A stretch of 63,668 bases of DNA, counting the filler, from Octopus bimaculoides (taxonomy: Eukaryota), in assembly GCF_001194135.2 (NCBI RefSeq). It is 4 parts of 4 records of this genome, joined end to end, with 100 filler letters (N's around TTAATTAATTAA, not from the genome) between each part and the next. Parts side by side here need not be neighbours in the genome. Positions count along the whole stretch, not along the records: positions 1 to 24,522 come from NC_068995.1; positions 24,623 to 56,168 come from NC_068985.1; 2 more parts are not named here. One strand, written 5' to 3'. Position 1 is the stretch's first letter; the number at the start of each line of letters is the position of its first letter. The notes beneath the pieces are model-generated. The model made no database searches. It had not been told where the DNA came from and was given only the letters and a program-made list of their open reading frames with translations. The position numbers were made by a program, and so were the translations under genes. Of the stretch, positions 14,190-28,103 are shown piece by piece.

Positions 14190-14860
14190 TCACCATTTCC
14201 ATTTCCACCACCACCACCACCACCACCACCNNNNNNNNNNNNNNNNNNNNNNNNNNNNNNNNNNNNNNNNNNNNNNNNNNNNNNNNNNNNNNNNNNNNNN
14301 NNNNNNNNNNNNNNNNNNNNNNNNNNNNNNNNNNNNNNNNNNNNNNNNNNNNNNNNNCACCACCAAGGGCACCACAACCACTGGCACCACCAACACCATC
14401 AAAACTGCCACCGGCTAAACTACCGCCGCCGCAGCCACCACCAGCACCACGACCACCACCACTGCCACCACAGCCACCGTGATCATCATCATCATCATCA
14501 TCATCATCATTGTTGTCGTTGTCGTCGTCGTTATTGTCATCATGTCGTCGTTTTCGTCGTCGTCGTCATCGTCGACGTCATCATCATCATCATCATCATC
14601 ATCGCCATCATCGTCAACATCATCGTCGTCGTCGTCAACACCATCATCATCATCATCGTCGTCGTCATTATCAGTATCAATATCTTCGTTAACATCCTAC
14701 ACTTAATAGTCGTCGTCGTCGTCGTGTCGTCATTGTCATCGTCTTACTCATCGCCGCCATAATCACTATCAGCATAAACAACAACAGCAACAACAACAAC
14801 AGCAGCAGCACCATCACCTCCATCACCACCAACACCGCCATTAATAATAACAGCAACTAA
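14190..14860. repeat. Compound trinucleotide repeat (CAC/CAT/CGT/CAA/CAG)
   Basis: Successive in-phase triplet runs interrupted by a gap. Confidence 0.9.
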
Positions 14861-16944
14861 AAAAGAACAATGACAATAACAACACATTTATCGACAAACT
14901 TTATTGTTATCAAATACAATAAATAAATAAATAAATAGATAAATAAAAATGGCTACAAAAGCACCAACAGCGCATTAATGGGCAGTATATTTCAAAGTAA
15001 TAACTTGTCACCAATATAATTTTCCATCGCCAAAACTCAATTAAGCTTCAAGCTAAAAGCAAGAGCGTCCTACTGGGAGAAACAGAACACTAGGATGGAA
15101 GGAACGGGCTATTTATTAAAAAATAAAAACGCAGGGATGTGCAAGAATATGAGAACAGCCAGGGTAAAAGTACACGCACGCATACACAAACACGCACGCA
15201 TACACAAACAGGCACACACACACACACACAGAGAAAGACCCACCGCACGCATGCGCAAAAGGTACCAAAGAAACAAACAAAAAAACCTGATGATAAATTC
15301 ATCTCACATTCGCACATGAACAATGAAGATAGACGCATTTATTTTGTGCGTGGTTTTTTGCTTGTTTGTGTCTCCCTTTGCTAAATACATCGCCCATAAT
15401 TTGTGCTCCTCCTCTATAGTTGCGTAAGAACATATCTTCAATATCGTTATGTCCATTAAGATTTATTAGGTTGCGTTATTAACAGGGCCATTGCAGCGTC
15501 GATTAGAATTCCTCGTTGTATTTGTTACAGTTCTCTGCTGTCTGAATTTCAAATCCCACCGTGGCCAACATGGTCGATAAATAAAATACTAGTCATGTAC
15601 TGGGATAGTTTCTTTTCTCTTCTTCTATTTTTGCTCTCTATTTGTCTACTCTCATCTATCTGTGTCTCTATGTCGGTCTCTCATTGAGTCGGTTGTGTAG
15701 TTCAACAGGTCATGAGAGGCCTTTTGCAGCTTCTCTTTGCCTGGAAATTGCCTAGAAAAGGCCAAGTAAGTACCTTGCTTATAGAAACACTGATATGTGA
15801 TAGAAATCGTATAACAGCTAGTGTAGGGCTCTGTGTGAAACACGGAACGGAAATTAAGATCAAGTCATTACCCTCAACATCAACTATATATAGATTTTTT
15901 TTGTTTTTCTCATTGTTGCTTTTGTTGTTATTGAAGCTTTTATTTTGAGCATTGGCAGGGATGGTGAAGAGAAATGTACATTTGAAGCTTTTTATTTTTT
16001 TTTATTGGAAAAAAAGAAAAAAAATATATATTAGGTAGATACTTGGAGATGATATATTTCGAAGGATTACTGGCAAACCCATCTAAATGTATGGCAATTT
16101 AGAATATGTAACAGAATAACAGAATCTTAAATGGATTTTGGCAGCAGAATTATTGAAAAAGAAAAAATAATAAAAAACACCCCAAAAACACACAACGATG
16201 AGGCTTCTATTTTGTGTGTGCTTTTTTTTTTACCGTTCATTATCATTTCTCAAAATCCTTTACCAATGAAAGAAAATGTGATGTGATGGCAAATAAAATA
16301 TTCACAGCAATAGGAAAAGAGGAAAGAAGAAAAAAGTTGAAGACAGAAGAAAAAGAAAGAAAAGAAGAGGTGGAGGAGGGAAAAGAAAAAAATAAGTAGT
16401 AAAAAAATTTTGGAAAAATAAATTAGTTTAAAATGATGTTTCTGGCGGACTTGGGGAGAGAGATGACTAAAATTGCCAGTGAGAAGAATCTAGTTGAAAG
16501 AAATCCTTTCGCAGTTTCTATCTATTTTTGAATGTCATGTGACTGCTTGTTGATGAACTATCTATAGGAAACCGTTTCGATTATCAGTTGGAATCAAACT
16601 ATTTCAATTGCATTCATGTTTGTGTTTATTTACTGTGTGGATAAACCATACACATACACACCAAAATAAAAAAAACAAATAAAGGTATTACGGTTGGGGA
16701 TTGGCTACATCATAAATATTGATCGATAAAATATATACAGGACCACGATAAAAAGCGCGGTTGGTATGATGGATGAAAGCTGTTGTCAGCAGCGGGGGGC
16801 CCGGGAGTATGTCAGTAAAATAATAGAATGCACGGGAAAGAATATATGCTTAGTATATTTAGAGCTACAGTATGGACATTTTTACTTCTATTATCGTTAG
16901 GTATACACCAGTTTTTGGTCTTTGAAAAATCAAAATTTTTTTGT

Positions 16945-17330
16945 GATTGTCCTCACCAATGGTTATTAATGTTGGGTAACTATCGAAGGAGTACAATCAG
17001 GAATACAACAGGCCGAAATGAATTTCTTTCAGGGGATATTTGGAGTAACGTTACTCGACAGGGTACCTTGCTTGGAGATCATGGAATCTCTGCATGGGGT
17101 GCCGCTACTTCCCCGTATTGAGAGATCACAGCTCTGGTGCCATGGATATATGATTACGAAGTCGCAGGAAAGAGTTACGAGACAGAGTCTCCAAGACGAG
17201 TAACTGTGGTAGACCAAGAACAAGAGAGTTGGATAATATCCATAGTCTGAGTTGATCACGCTAGGAAATCCAACTGGAAACTGTAATGTGGGTTGTTTCT
17301 GATACGATTCTATAGAGAGAGTGCTTGGAA
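16945..17330 (+). mobile_element. RTE-X/Rex3-like LINE, ORF 3' end (degenerate)
   Basis: VLTNGY*CWVTIEGVQSGIQQAEMNFFQGIFGVTLLDRV...PLLPRIERSQLW resembles TLTYGHELWVMTER.RSRIQAAEM.FLRRV.G.SL.DRVRS...PLLL.IERSQLRW. Confidence 0.75.
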
Positions 17331-17782
17331 TAATGGACGGAGAATATGGATAGATGGAAATCAAAGGGAAACATTGCTTATGATCTAAGAGGTAAGTTCC
17401 ATAGAGGGAAAGCTGCACTGCCAGAGAAATTAGCCCATGAAAAACTCCAAGTAAACATTATTTGACGTGTGTCGAAAATATTTTCGTTACTGAAAGGAGC
17501 GTCACACGAAGTCGTTCAGCTCTTATACAAATAAGCGACTTTATGGATTCACAAAGAACCATGACATATTCTTTAAAAAGACATGACTCGTTAGAATAAA
17601 TGTCATCCAATCCATCCATGTTATTTGAAGTATGTAATTTAAGAAAAAATAATGACTAATTGTAACAGATGGAACAACTACATAAAGGATAACCCTTTAG
17701 TTTTATAACGTCAGAGGAGAGATTATTTATAAAGCTGTCAGTTATTTCCCTTTATGTTACCATTTCAAACGCCCTCTATATT

Positions 17783-17996
17783 GGTTTCAGGTTTTGAAAC
17801 AGGGCCAGCAATTTTGGTGAAGGGGACAAGTCGATTACATCGACCCCTGTGTTCAGTTGGTACTTATTTTATCGCCCCCAAAAGCATGAAATGGTAAGTC
17901 GATCTCGGCGGAAATTGAACACAAATCTTAAACACGGACAAAAGGCCACTAAAGATTTTACTCGGCTCTCTATCGATTCTTCCAGCTCGCCACCTT
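17783..17996 (-). mobile_element. SINE family B (tRNA-like head), near full length
   Basis: Reverse complement begins AAGGTGGCGAGCTGGAAGAATCG. It shares the GTCGATTACATCGACCCC...GGTACTTATTTTATCG core with the copies at 38.9, 43.9, 46.2 and 56.4 kb. Confidence 0.8.
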
Positions 17997-18539
17997 AAAC
18001 TCCGTTTTTATTGATTGATATTTCAGTCATCCAGGTTTTGAAATATGCCAGTTGCCTAATAGAACCAAGTGTATTCACAATAACAATTTTCTCGATATTT
18101 CTGACTGTGTACCACTATTAGAAATAAACTATTAGAAGTTATATGAAACGATATTGGGAGCTTTACGTTACAGAAAATAATGGAATAAGATTCGAGAAGT
18201 TAGTTTTGAAAAATGACTATGAAGCCGTCTCTTATCTACACATAGCGTGTGTTTTGGAAATCGCAAATCGTTATCAAGGATTAAGCATCAACTTTCTCTT
18301 CATTGACAATTTCAATGCCATAATTCTTCTAATTCGTTCATGCTGCAAATTCATTGATAGAATTGCAACACAAGGCGAGCGCCAGACATCTTCGGAAGTA
18401 AAGATAAATATTCATTTTTACTGGAGGAAAGGACAAGATAAATATCCTCTCTTATTAAACGAAAAACACGAAGCCTTTCTCTCTTATTGCTATCTCGTAT
18501 ACCTTGTTTATGTGAATCAGTATTCTCCCATTCGATCTT

Positions 18540-18620
<81 letters not shown>

Positions 18621-18983
18621 CAAACTGGCGTGCATATGTGGCGGTGTGGGAATGAGAGAGAAATCTAATGTATAGATGTGGATATATATATCTGTATACA
18701 AAACACAGTTGTCCTATGTACACACATGTGAGTATATGCACTAACACATTGACACACGCACACACACGCACAGACACACACACACACACACACACATGTG
18801 CACACACACATATACACAATCACACATATAAGTATCTATGTATTAGTATAGAAAAATGTATGTGCATGTGTGTATACCTGCGTTTGTATATATATATCTG
18901 TCTTTGTAGATGCCTATATCTTTTTTATTTTATTGACATTTATATGATAGCATGCATTGCTTACCTAGTGCGTGTATATAGTG

Positions 18984-19046
<63 letters not shown>

Positions 19047-19307
19047 CAAGCAGTTGTTTACTGTCAACTTAATGTGACAGACACATTAAGGGAATCATAC
19101 TGCTGCTATTTAGCCCTAGGAAGCTGGGACCGCTTCCTGTTAGCCTTGACACATTTCCTGTGTCCTTATATTTGTGAAGGGGGGACAAGCTTCCTCGCCC
19201 AGCTTTAGTCTGCATTCAGGGACATGTTTCTGAGTCTTTGCTCGTCATCATCACGAGCATTTGATCTCTTCCGCTACGTTACCCCTCCCCCTCCTCCTCC
19301 TCCTCAC

Positions 19308-19361
<54 letters not shown>

Positions 19362-19723
19362 CCACCTCATCATCCCCCTCCTCCCCCTCATGTATTTGTA
19401 AAAATAATGTGTGTGTGTGTGTGTGTGTGCGAGTGTGCATGTGTGGTTGCCTCTGTGTATGTGTGTGTGTTTGAATGAGTGTGCATGTGTGATTGCGTGT
19501 ATGTGTGTGTGTGTGTGTGCGTGCGTGCGTGCGTACAGATGGTCATGAACAGCCAAGGGCGAATTTCAGACTTGACTGTCAACATTCTATATAACAAACA
19601 TAGCCGTCCATTGGAGGCGATGTATCGTATGTTCTGCTCCAGATCACAAAATATTTTCACAGTGCAAAATACATATCCGATTTTTAACTCTATTAAAACT
19701 CCAAAAGCAGGTGAAACTCAACT

Positions 19724-19780
19724 ACGCTGAAGCGCCGTCCACGCTGAAGCGCCGTCCACGCTGAAGCGCCGTCCACGCTG
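19724..19780. repeat. Perfect 17-bp tandem repeat, 3.3 copies
   Basis: ACGCTGAAGCGCCGTCC occurs three times with no mismatches, followed by ACGCTG. Confidence 0.95.
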
Positions 19781-19965
19781 GTCAGAGTATCTCACCAGGA
19801 CGGAAGTTTATCGACATTCCAAGATCACCCTAAATGGCGAAATCTCCTCTGGCCACCGTGACAGAAGCACCAAAGAAGTACAAGGAATCGCTAGAGAAAT
19901 CCCGTATGCCTGTCACACTGATCGCCACCTCCCGAAGCCAAGCTACGAAGAGAAGGCTTACTTTA

Positions 19966-20133
<168 letters not shown>

Positions 20134-21849
20134 GTGCGCGCGTGTGTGTATGCATGTATGTATGTATGTACCTGAAACAACTTTGCCTGATTTCGATTAT
20201 TTTTTTTTAGGTAAATGTTAATGAGAAAGAACCATGCGTTCAAACATTTTCATTGCTAAGTTTACTGTACCTAGCAAACGAAGCTGTTCTCTTACCAGCT
20301 CCGGTTTCAGTGGCAGTAAATTGGTAGGGAATGCATTTAATGGACATTGTCTTGCTCTATTCACGAACAGAATTTATGGCTCTAAACCTCAGATTGGAAA
20401 TTTAAGAATCTCCATATGAAATGTTGTCATTCTATACTGGAAACTTTGACGATTTCTATTCTAAGTAGTCGGCCTGTTATATTATCTGGTGCAGGGAATA
20501 TATGCGTTTTTTCTCCAATCACACACGAGCGCTGCGCAATATTTATGATAAAACACGGACTTATAACAAACAAAGAAAAGCAAACAAAACAGGTAGAAAA
20601 TCGATTAAGGCATTATTTAAATAGACATTTGCATTCGTTGACCATATCTTGCTAAATACCCTCCAGTTTATAACCTATCAACTATTACGGACATTATAGT
20701 AAACAACTGTTAAATAACAGTTCTGTTTTCTCGTTTATCGTCGCTTCTTTGCCGCTCCTATTTATGGCCACTGTTACTCTGATATTATGATTTCGAGACC
20801 ACACTCATCTATGTGCAAATTATGCATCGACTCGCTCTAGCGTCATCAACCTATTGTAATTTAGTATTTGTATCTAAATGCTCCAGTCCTAACCCTTCTC
20901 TTTCACCTATTAGTGAATCCCATAAAAATCGTTTTTCCATATAATGTTTATTATATATTTCGCTGTCATAAACGTTCGTGAATCCGAACGAAACATTACT
21001 TTTAGTAACATAACAATAACATAATCTTGCAACAAAGAAGAGTGGTGGTGGATGGGGGGAACATAAATAAGACAATACGCTTCTCTCTCACATGTCTTCT
21101 AGCTATTAGCGGGCATAATCATTACTGATGCGTCTTTCTCCAAGCAATACCAAATGGAAAAAAAGTTGAATATTATTAACTGCTAGCGAAAAAGACACTC
21201 AATACTTAAATTACTTTGAGTCTTACTCTGTATAAACAATGCATGCGTGGCTATGGGCTATGAGCCAACGATGTAAACGTCTTGCAGTCTCCCGAAACTC
21301 GTTTACACGGTGGTCGTTTATGATTTTATCTTCCGCCATAAACTAATATTCTCTAGTCAATTGAATCAACCTCACTCTAAGTGAATGATCTCAATAAGGT
21401 GTTATATGTAATATAATAAATTGAAAGACTTCCATCAACTGAGATTATCGAAGCTATTAATGGATAAAAACTTTCTCTAAGTGCTTTTTAAATCTAGAGA
21501 CAGCTACCCAGAAAGAGAACTCTGATAGGATCAACTGACCGAGATTTCTGTACACTATAAACAAAAGCAGATAAACTGGTTTTTAAATTGGCGAATCTAA
21601 CTTTTTCGTTCTTATTAGAACACCTTAAAGTGGTATATTCAACTCGGTAATATTAGGGCTGACTAATACGCTCACGCGAACGCGCTCACATCCACCTCCG
21701 CCCACAGACGTACAAACACACATACTACTTTATAGACCAGAGTATCAGATACACCCTTCTTTTCCATCTTGGTCCAAATCGGTTAACAAATCCATATGAT
21801 CATATGATCACAACCGGTGTCCTGATTAAGGGACGCCGGTCCGTTGCTG

Positions 21850-21990
21850 GGTTCAAGGCCAACAATTCTGAAGGGAGGGGACAAGTCGATCACACTTTAT
21901 CGACAGCGAGAGGGTGAAAGATAAAGTTGTCCTCGGTGGGAATTGAACTCGAAAAGACGAAAAGAACTGGAGGAAAAGCCGCTGAGCAAA
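21850..21990 (-). mobile_element. SINE family B, partial and diverged
   Basis: CAAGGCCAACAATT...GGGGACAAGTCGAT...TTTATCGAC...GAAAG.TAAAGTTG.CCTCGG.GG.AATTGAACTC matches the other B copies. Confidence 0.55.
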
Positions 21991-22958
21991 AACAACTAAA
22001 TCGATTCAAGAAGGATATTAGAAATTCAGAAGAATAGATGAAGGAAAGTAAACACATTTAGAATTAGAGAATGATAACGAAAAGAAAGATAGAGAGAGAG
22101 ATGGGTGTTAGAGATAAAGAGAGAGAGGGGGTGTTAGAGAGAAAAGGAGAAAGAGAGAGGGGGGGGGTGAGACGTCGTCGGGGACATTAGAAACAAAACA
22201 AATTCATTTCAGTTATATCCCGCCTTTTCAACTATATTGACACGACCCGAGCTGTTAGCACTTTATGAAATGAGTTATTTCATTGTAAACATATATAAAT
22301 ATGACGCTATTAATTCCTTGCTCACATGTACTGTCGTTAACATCTCCTGGCAGAAGAAATTTCACACGGAAGATTGAAAGAGGAAGAGAGAAATAGAGAA
22401 GAAAAGTGGAAAATAAAGTAATGATGATGATGAAGATATGGGATGGTGAAGATGATGGGGATAATAGAGAAGACGAGAGGAAAAGAAAGAAGAAAAATTA
22501 GAAAGAGAGGGAAGTAAGAAAAAAGTGAAAAATAAGAGCTTGTGTAAGAAATTATCGGCGAATCTAACACCTATATTTCACACGAACACACACACACGTA
22601 TATATACGTGTGTTTATATACAAACGCATCTATATATATATATATGTGTGTGTGTGTGTATATATTCATGTAATATATATATATATATGTACACACGCAC
22701 ATATATATACATAAATATATATATACACATACACACATATGTATAAATATATATATATATACACACACATATATATATGCATACACATTCATATATCATC
22801 ATTATACATACATCAGATTATGCTACACAGATAAAAATCATATCAGATACCGCATAAAAGAAACGTAATTGCCACCACAAACACACAAAGAAGTATACGG
22901 TTAAACAGAAAGATGCACATACACACACTTCCTCCCTCTTCTTATTCTTTCTTTCTGC

Positions 22959-23003
<45 letters not shown>

Positions 23004-23013
23004 NNNNNNNNNN

Positions 23014-23049
<36 letters not shown>

Positions 23050-24444
23050 TCTTTCTCTCTCTCACACACACACACAGAGTTTCGAAGTAGCTCAAAAGTC
23101 TGTCAAATTTTCGAATATAAAAATGTCTAAACACTGTCTTACATAGGTGACATTGTCTATGCATTCATATATACACGTTTAATGCAAACAGTCAAATACG
23201 ATCAGAAGACATCTCTACAGATATTCACATTAAGAAGTTTATATATATATATATATATATATATNNNNNNNNNNNNNNNNNNNNNNNNNNNNNNNNNNNN
23301 NNNNNNNNNNNNNNNNNNNNNNNNNNNNNNNNNNNNNNNNNNNNNNNNNNNNNNNNNNNNNNNNNNNNNNNNNNNNNNNNNNNNNNNNNNNNNNNNNNNN
23401 NNNNNNNNNNNNNNNNNNNNNNNNNNNNNNNNNNNNNNNNNNNNNNNNNNNNNNNNNNNNNNNNNNNNNNNNNNNNNNNNNNNNNNNNNNNNNNNNNNNN
23501 NNNNNNNNNNNNNNNNNNNNNNNNNNNNNNNNNNNNNNNNNNNNNNNNNNNNNNNNNNNNNNNNNNNNNNNNNNNNNNNNNNNNNNNNNNNNNNNNNNNN
23601 NNNNNNNNNNNNNNNNNNNNNNNNNNNNNNNNNNNNNNNNNNNNNNNNNNNNNNNNNNNNNNNNNNNNNNNNNNNNNNNNNNNNNNNNNNNNNNNNNNNN
23701 NNNNNNNNNNNNNNNNNNNNNNNNNNNNNNNNNNNNNNNNNNNNNNNNNNNNNNNNNNNNNNNNNNNNNNNNNNNNNNNNNNNNNNNNNNNNNNNNNNNN
23801 NNNNNNNNNNNNNNNNNNNNNNNNNNNNNNNNNNNNNNNNNNNNNNNNNNNNNNNNNNNNNNNNNNNNNNNNNNNNNNNNNNNNNNNNNNNNNNNNNNNN
23901 NNNNNNNNNNNNNNNNNNNNNNNNNNNNNNNNNNNNNNNNNNNNNNNNNNNNNNTATATATATATATATATGTATATATATATACACACACATATATATA
24001 TTCATATAACATATAAACGCATAGTTAGTCTTTGACTTTATCTTCTTTCCTGTGTTTCACACACACACAGACATACATACAGACACACGCAGACATACGC
24101 ACAGGTGCGCACATACGCATAAAATCACACACACACGCATACACACACACTCAAGGCACGTATCAACCTCGCTCGCGCGCGCATACACTCTGGTGAGATG
24201 CGTTTTGTATTTAGATATCTTTACTCAGTGTAATACTACACACGTGCGCAAACGCAAATATGGACACTCTTCGAAAACAATCTAAAGCAAACGCACAAGC
24301 ACATGCGTATATACATACACACACATATACACATTCACTCACTTACAGGCATAGACACACACACGTATACAATAAACACGTATATAACCCATTGCTTGAG
24401 TCTATATATGCATGTGTGCACGCGTGCGTGTATGTGTGTCCATA

Positions 24445-24490
<46 letters not shown>

Positions 24491-24522
24491 TGTATATATA
24501 TATACATACATATATATATATA

Positions 24523-24622
24523 NNNNNNNNNNNNNNNNNNNNNNNNNNNNNNNNNNNNNNNNNNNNTTAATTAATTAANNNNNNNNNNNNNNNNNNNNNN
24601 NNNNNNNNNNNNNNNNNNNNNN
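24523..24622. other. Artificial scaffold-join spacer (44N + TTAATTAATTAA + 44N)
   Basis: Exactly 100 bp. The identical structure occurs at 56169-56268 and 59445-59544. Confidence 0.9.
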
Positions 24623-24866
24623 AAAATTCACCTTATATGGGCGTCAGAGACTCCGCCCCCAAAACTAGTCTACGTTGTCAAGAAAAACCGATGGAACAGT
24701 ATACGCTATCAGCTACTGATGGTATTATTAGCCTTTTATTTTTTTATTAAAGTATCATAAATGTCAAAAGAATCAGATACAGTTGTAACGTATCGTTACG
24801 ATATCGTCCACATATGTGTGTACGTGCGCGCGGATATGTATATATATGCATGTATGTATATATATG

Positions 24867-24897
<31 letters not shown>

Positions 24898-25039
24898 TTA
24901 TCTCTCTTTCCTTTCCCGAGCGTCTAGTAACACAATCTGTATCACGTCCTCACGTTGTTTTTTGTTGTTGTTTTTTTGTCTTTTTCCTCTTTTGAACTTA
25001 GATATATATATATACACACATACACATTTATATATTCTT

Positions 25040-25390
25040 ATGTTTCAGTCATTTGACTGAGACTTTAGTCTTTAGTCTAACAAATCGACCCCAAGACTTA
25101 TTCTTTGTAAGCCTAGCACTTATTCTATTGGTCGCTCTTGCCGAGCCACTAGTTACGGGGGATGTAAATACGCCAAAATCGGTTGTAAAGCGATGGTGGG
25201 TGGGGACAAGTACACACATATATACAACGCGCTCCTTTCAGTTTCTGTCTACCAAATCCACTCACAAAGCTTTAGTTGGCTCAAGGCTATAGTAGAAGAC
25301 ACTTGCCCAACGTGCCACGCAGTGGGATTGAACCCGGAAGCATGTGGTTGGGAAGAAGCTTCTTACCACACCGTCATTCTTGCGCCTATA
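25040..25390 (-). mobile_element. SINE family A, near full length
   Basis: Reverse complement has a tRNA-like head (GTGTGGTAAGAAGCTT...CCGGGTTCAATCCC), the body and the 3' GTCAAATGACTGAAAC end. Confidence 0.85.
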
Positions 25391-25421
25391 CATACATACA
25401 TACATAAATGTGTGTGTGCTA

Positions 25422-25450
<29 letters not shown>

Positions 25451-25453
<3 letters not shown>

Positions 25454-26270
25454 TAGCAGAGATACCCGGCGTTGCCCGTGTTACATGCAATTGAAAAATG
25501 AGACTTTTTTCTGTTATATTTTCTGTAAGGAACTGGAATACATATGATTCGAATTTCATAAAAATTGCACATGAGGGTTCTTTCCCTCTTTACACACCCT
25601 AAAAAAATTCTAATCATGAGACATGTNNNNNNNNNNNNNNNNNNNNNNNNNNNNNNNNNNNNNNNNNNNNNNNNNNNNNNNNNNNNNNNNNNNNNNNNNN
25701 NNNNNNNNNNNNNNNNNNNNNNNNNNNNNNNNNNNNNNNNNNNNNNNNNNNNNNNNNNNNNNNNNNNNNNNNNNNNNNNNNNNNNNNNNNNNNNNNNNNN
25801 NNNNNNNNNNNNNNNNNNNNNNNNNNNNNNNNNNNNNNNNNNNNNNNNNNNNNNNNNNNNNNNNNNNNNNNNGGGGGTGTTAATGTCAACCAGAGAAGTT
25901 GAATTGTTGGGAATGTTTTTAACTTGGATCTTATAGTATGCCTGTATATATGTGAGAGTATAGTTTCACTTTAATAGTTTCAGTATGAAATTAAAAGTAA
26001 AGTGAAAATATTTGAAATTACAGTAGCGACATGTTATTGTTTCACTTTTGACAGGTAATACTGAAATAGTGGAATAGTTTCAGTGTTAGAGTGAAAGTAT
26101 CTGACATTACAGTAGAGTGATGTTATTGTTTCACTTTTGGACCCTAAAAGAATTTTGCTCATGAAAAATGGAGCTCATAGAGCTGAAAAATGTGGGAGTT
26201 AAGGTCCCTATTGGTGATGGGTGTATTAATGTCAACCAGAGAAGTTGAATTGTTGGGAATCTTTTTAACT
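25451..26270 (+). mobile_element. Putative non-autonomous Helitron/Helentron-type element with internal repeats
   Basis: Starts TACTAGCAGAGATACCCGGCGTTGCCCG right after (TA)n. Contains an approximately 50-bp direct repeat (TTAATGTCAACCAGAGAAGTTGAATTGTTGGGAAT near 25880 and 26227) and subrepeats. The class assignment is from recall only. Confidence 0.35.
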
Positions 26271-26965
26271 TGTGTGTAATATGTATTGTTTGAGTTTCTT
26301 TGAAATAGGAAATATATGTATGTTCACTGGGTTTGTAAAAGAGAGCAAAGCTACAGGAAAGCAAAAGACGAATGATCACGATAATCAGTCAGCTACCCTA
26401 GCCTAGTCGTTAGTACTCCCCAATGTAGGATTCCTCACCATACAGGTGACAGGCACAGCTTTAAGATGCATTATGGATCTATTGCAATTGGAAGGGCATG
26501 ACCCAATTGAAACAACAATGTGTGACGTTTGGAGTAACGGGAAATGAAAGTGTAGCCTCTGGAGTTTGCAAATGAACACTATACCGATAGGTAACTGGGC
26601 AGAAAAAATTTACAATCAATAAATGTCTTAGAACAACCAGTCACTCATCTGGGAAGGCCTTGAAATCAATGTTACCAACTGGGGACTATATTTGTTGCAG
26701 TGATAATAAAAAGACTCAAAGGAGGACTGCAACGAACTAATTTTACTCAACACATTGCAAGTGAATCAGTGGAGGAAAAGATGAGTCTCATTTACTTGAC
26801 AATTTATGCACCCCATTGCAGAAATTACAATGTAAGTATATCTGAAAGGATAGTCTTACACTGTNNNNNNNNNNNNNNNNNNNNNNNNNNNNNNNNNNNN
26901 NNNNNNNNNNNNNNNNNNNNNNNNNNNNNNNNNNNNNNNNNNNNNNNNNNNNNNNNNNNNNNNNA

Positions 26966-27110
26966 GCTCCCAGGGGCATCCTGTCTTGAATTCCTGTGTT
27001 ATTACCTGGAGGACGATGATAAATTGGAGGGGGCTGAGGACTGAACTTTGGTGGACCCCTACCTCTACCTGGAATTCTTCACTGTACTCGTTGCCAACCC
27101 TCACCTTACT
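26966..27110 (-). mobile_element. RTE-clade LINE reverse transcriptase fragment
   Basis: RVGNEYSEEFQVEVGVHQSSVLSPLQFIIVLQVITQEFKTGCPWE, the GVHQG.VLSPLLF segment just upstream of YADD. Confidence 0.85.
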
Positions 27111-27226
27111 GACAGCATCATATTTATATATATGTATATATCATATATATATATGTATATATGTTATGTATATGTATATATATATATTATATACGTATGT
27201 ATATATATTATACAGAAATGTATATT

Positions 27227-27275
<49 letters not shown>

Positions 27276-27809
27276 TTTAAGGAATGGAGAAAACGCATGT
27301 TATAATTGCATACTTTATTCCTACATATGTTTCAAAGGATTACAACCTGTGTGATCCATAGGGATCTTTGATATTAAAATTGTAACCTTCTCATCAGGGA
27401 AAGCATGGGAATCATCTTAAACGTGAGACATTATGACCGATTTTGAGCCTATGCTTATCCATCTATTGTTTTCATAATCGGTCATAATGTCTCACATTTA
27501 AGATGATTCCCATGCTTTCCCTGNNNNNNNNNNNNNNNNNNNNNNNNNNNNNNNNNNNNNNNNNNNNNNNNNNNNNNNNNNNNNNNNNNNNNNNNNNNNN
27601 NNNNNNNNNNNNNNNNNNNNNNNNNNNNNNNNNNNNNNNNNNNNNNNNNNNNNNNNNNNNNNNNNNNNNNNNNNNNNNNNNNNNNNNNNNNNNNNNNNNN
27701 NNNNNNNNNNNNNNNNNNNNNNNNNNNNNNNNNNNNNNNNNNNNNNNNNNNNNNNNNNNNNNNNNNNNNNNNNNNNNNNNNNNNNNNNNNNNNTATATAT
27801 GTATGTATG

Positions 27810-28023
27810 TATATGTTTGTTTGTCTGTGTTTGTCCCACAACATCGCTTGACAACTGATGCTGGTGTGTCTACATGCCTGTCAGCTGGCGGTTCAGCAAG
27901 AGGGACCGATAGAATAAGTACTAGGCTTACAAAGAATAAGTCCTGGGGTCGATTTGCTCGACTAAAGGTGGTGCCCCAGCATGGCTGCAGTCAAATGACT
28001 GAAACAAATAAAGAATAAAAGAA
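27810..28023 (+). mobile_element. SINE family A, 3' half
   Basis: Same 3' body and tail as the 5231 copy. Confidence 0.8.
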
Positions 28024-28103
28024 TATATATATATATTATATATATATGTATATATATATTATATAGATATATATGTATTTGCATAGATCATATGTATTAT
28101 ATG

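Noticed and set aside
18143-18540. 170-aa ORF MKRYWELYVTENNG...
   Set aside because: No recognisable motif or convincing splice sites. It runs into a (CT)n repeat and is likely a chance ORF.
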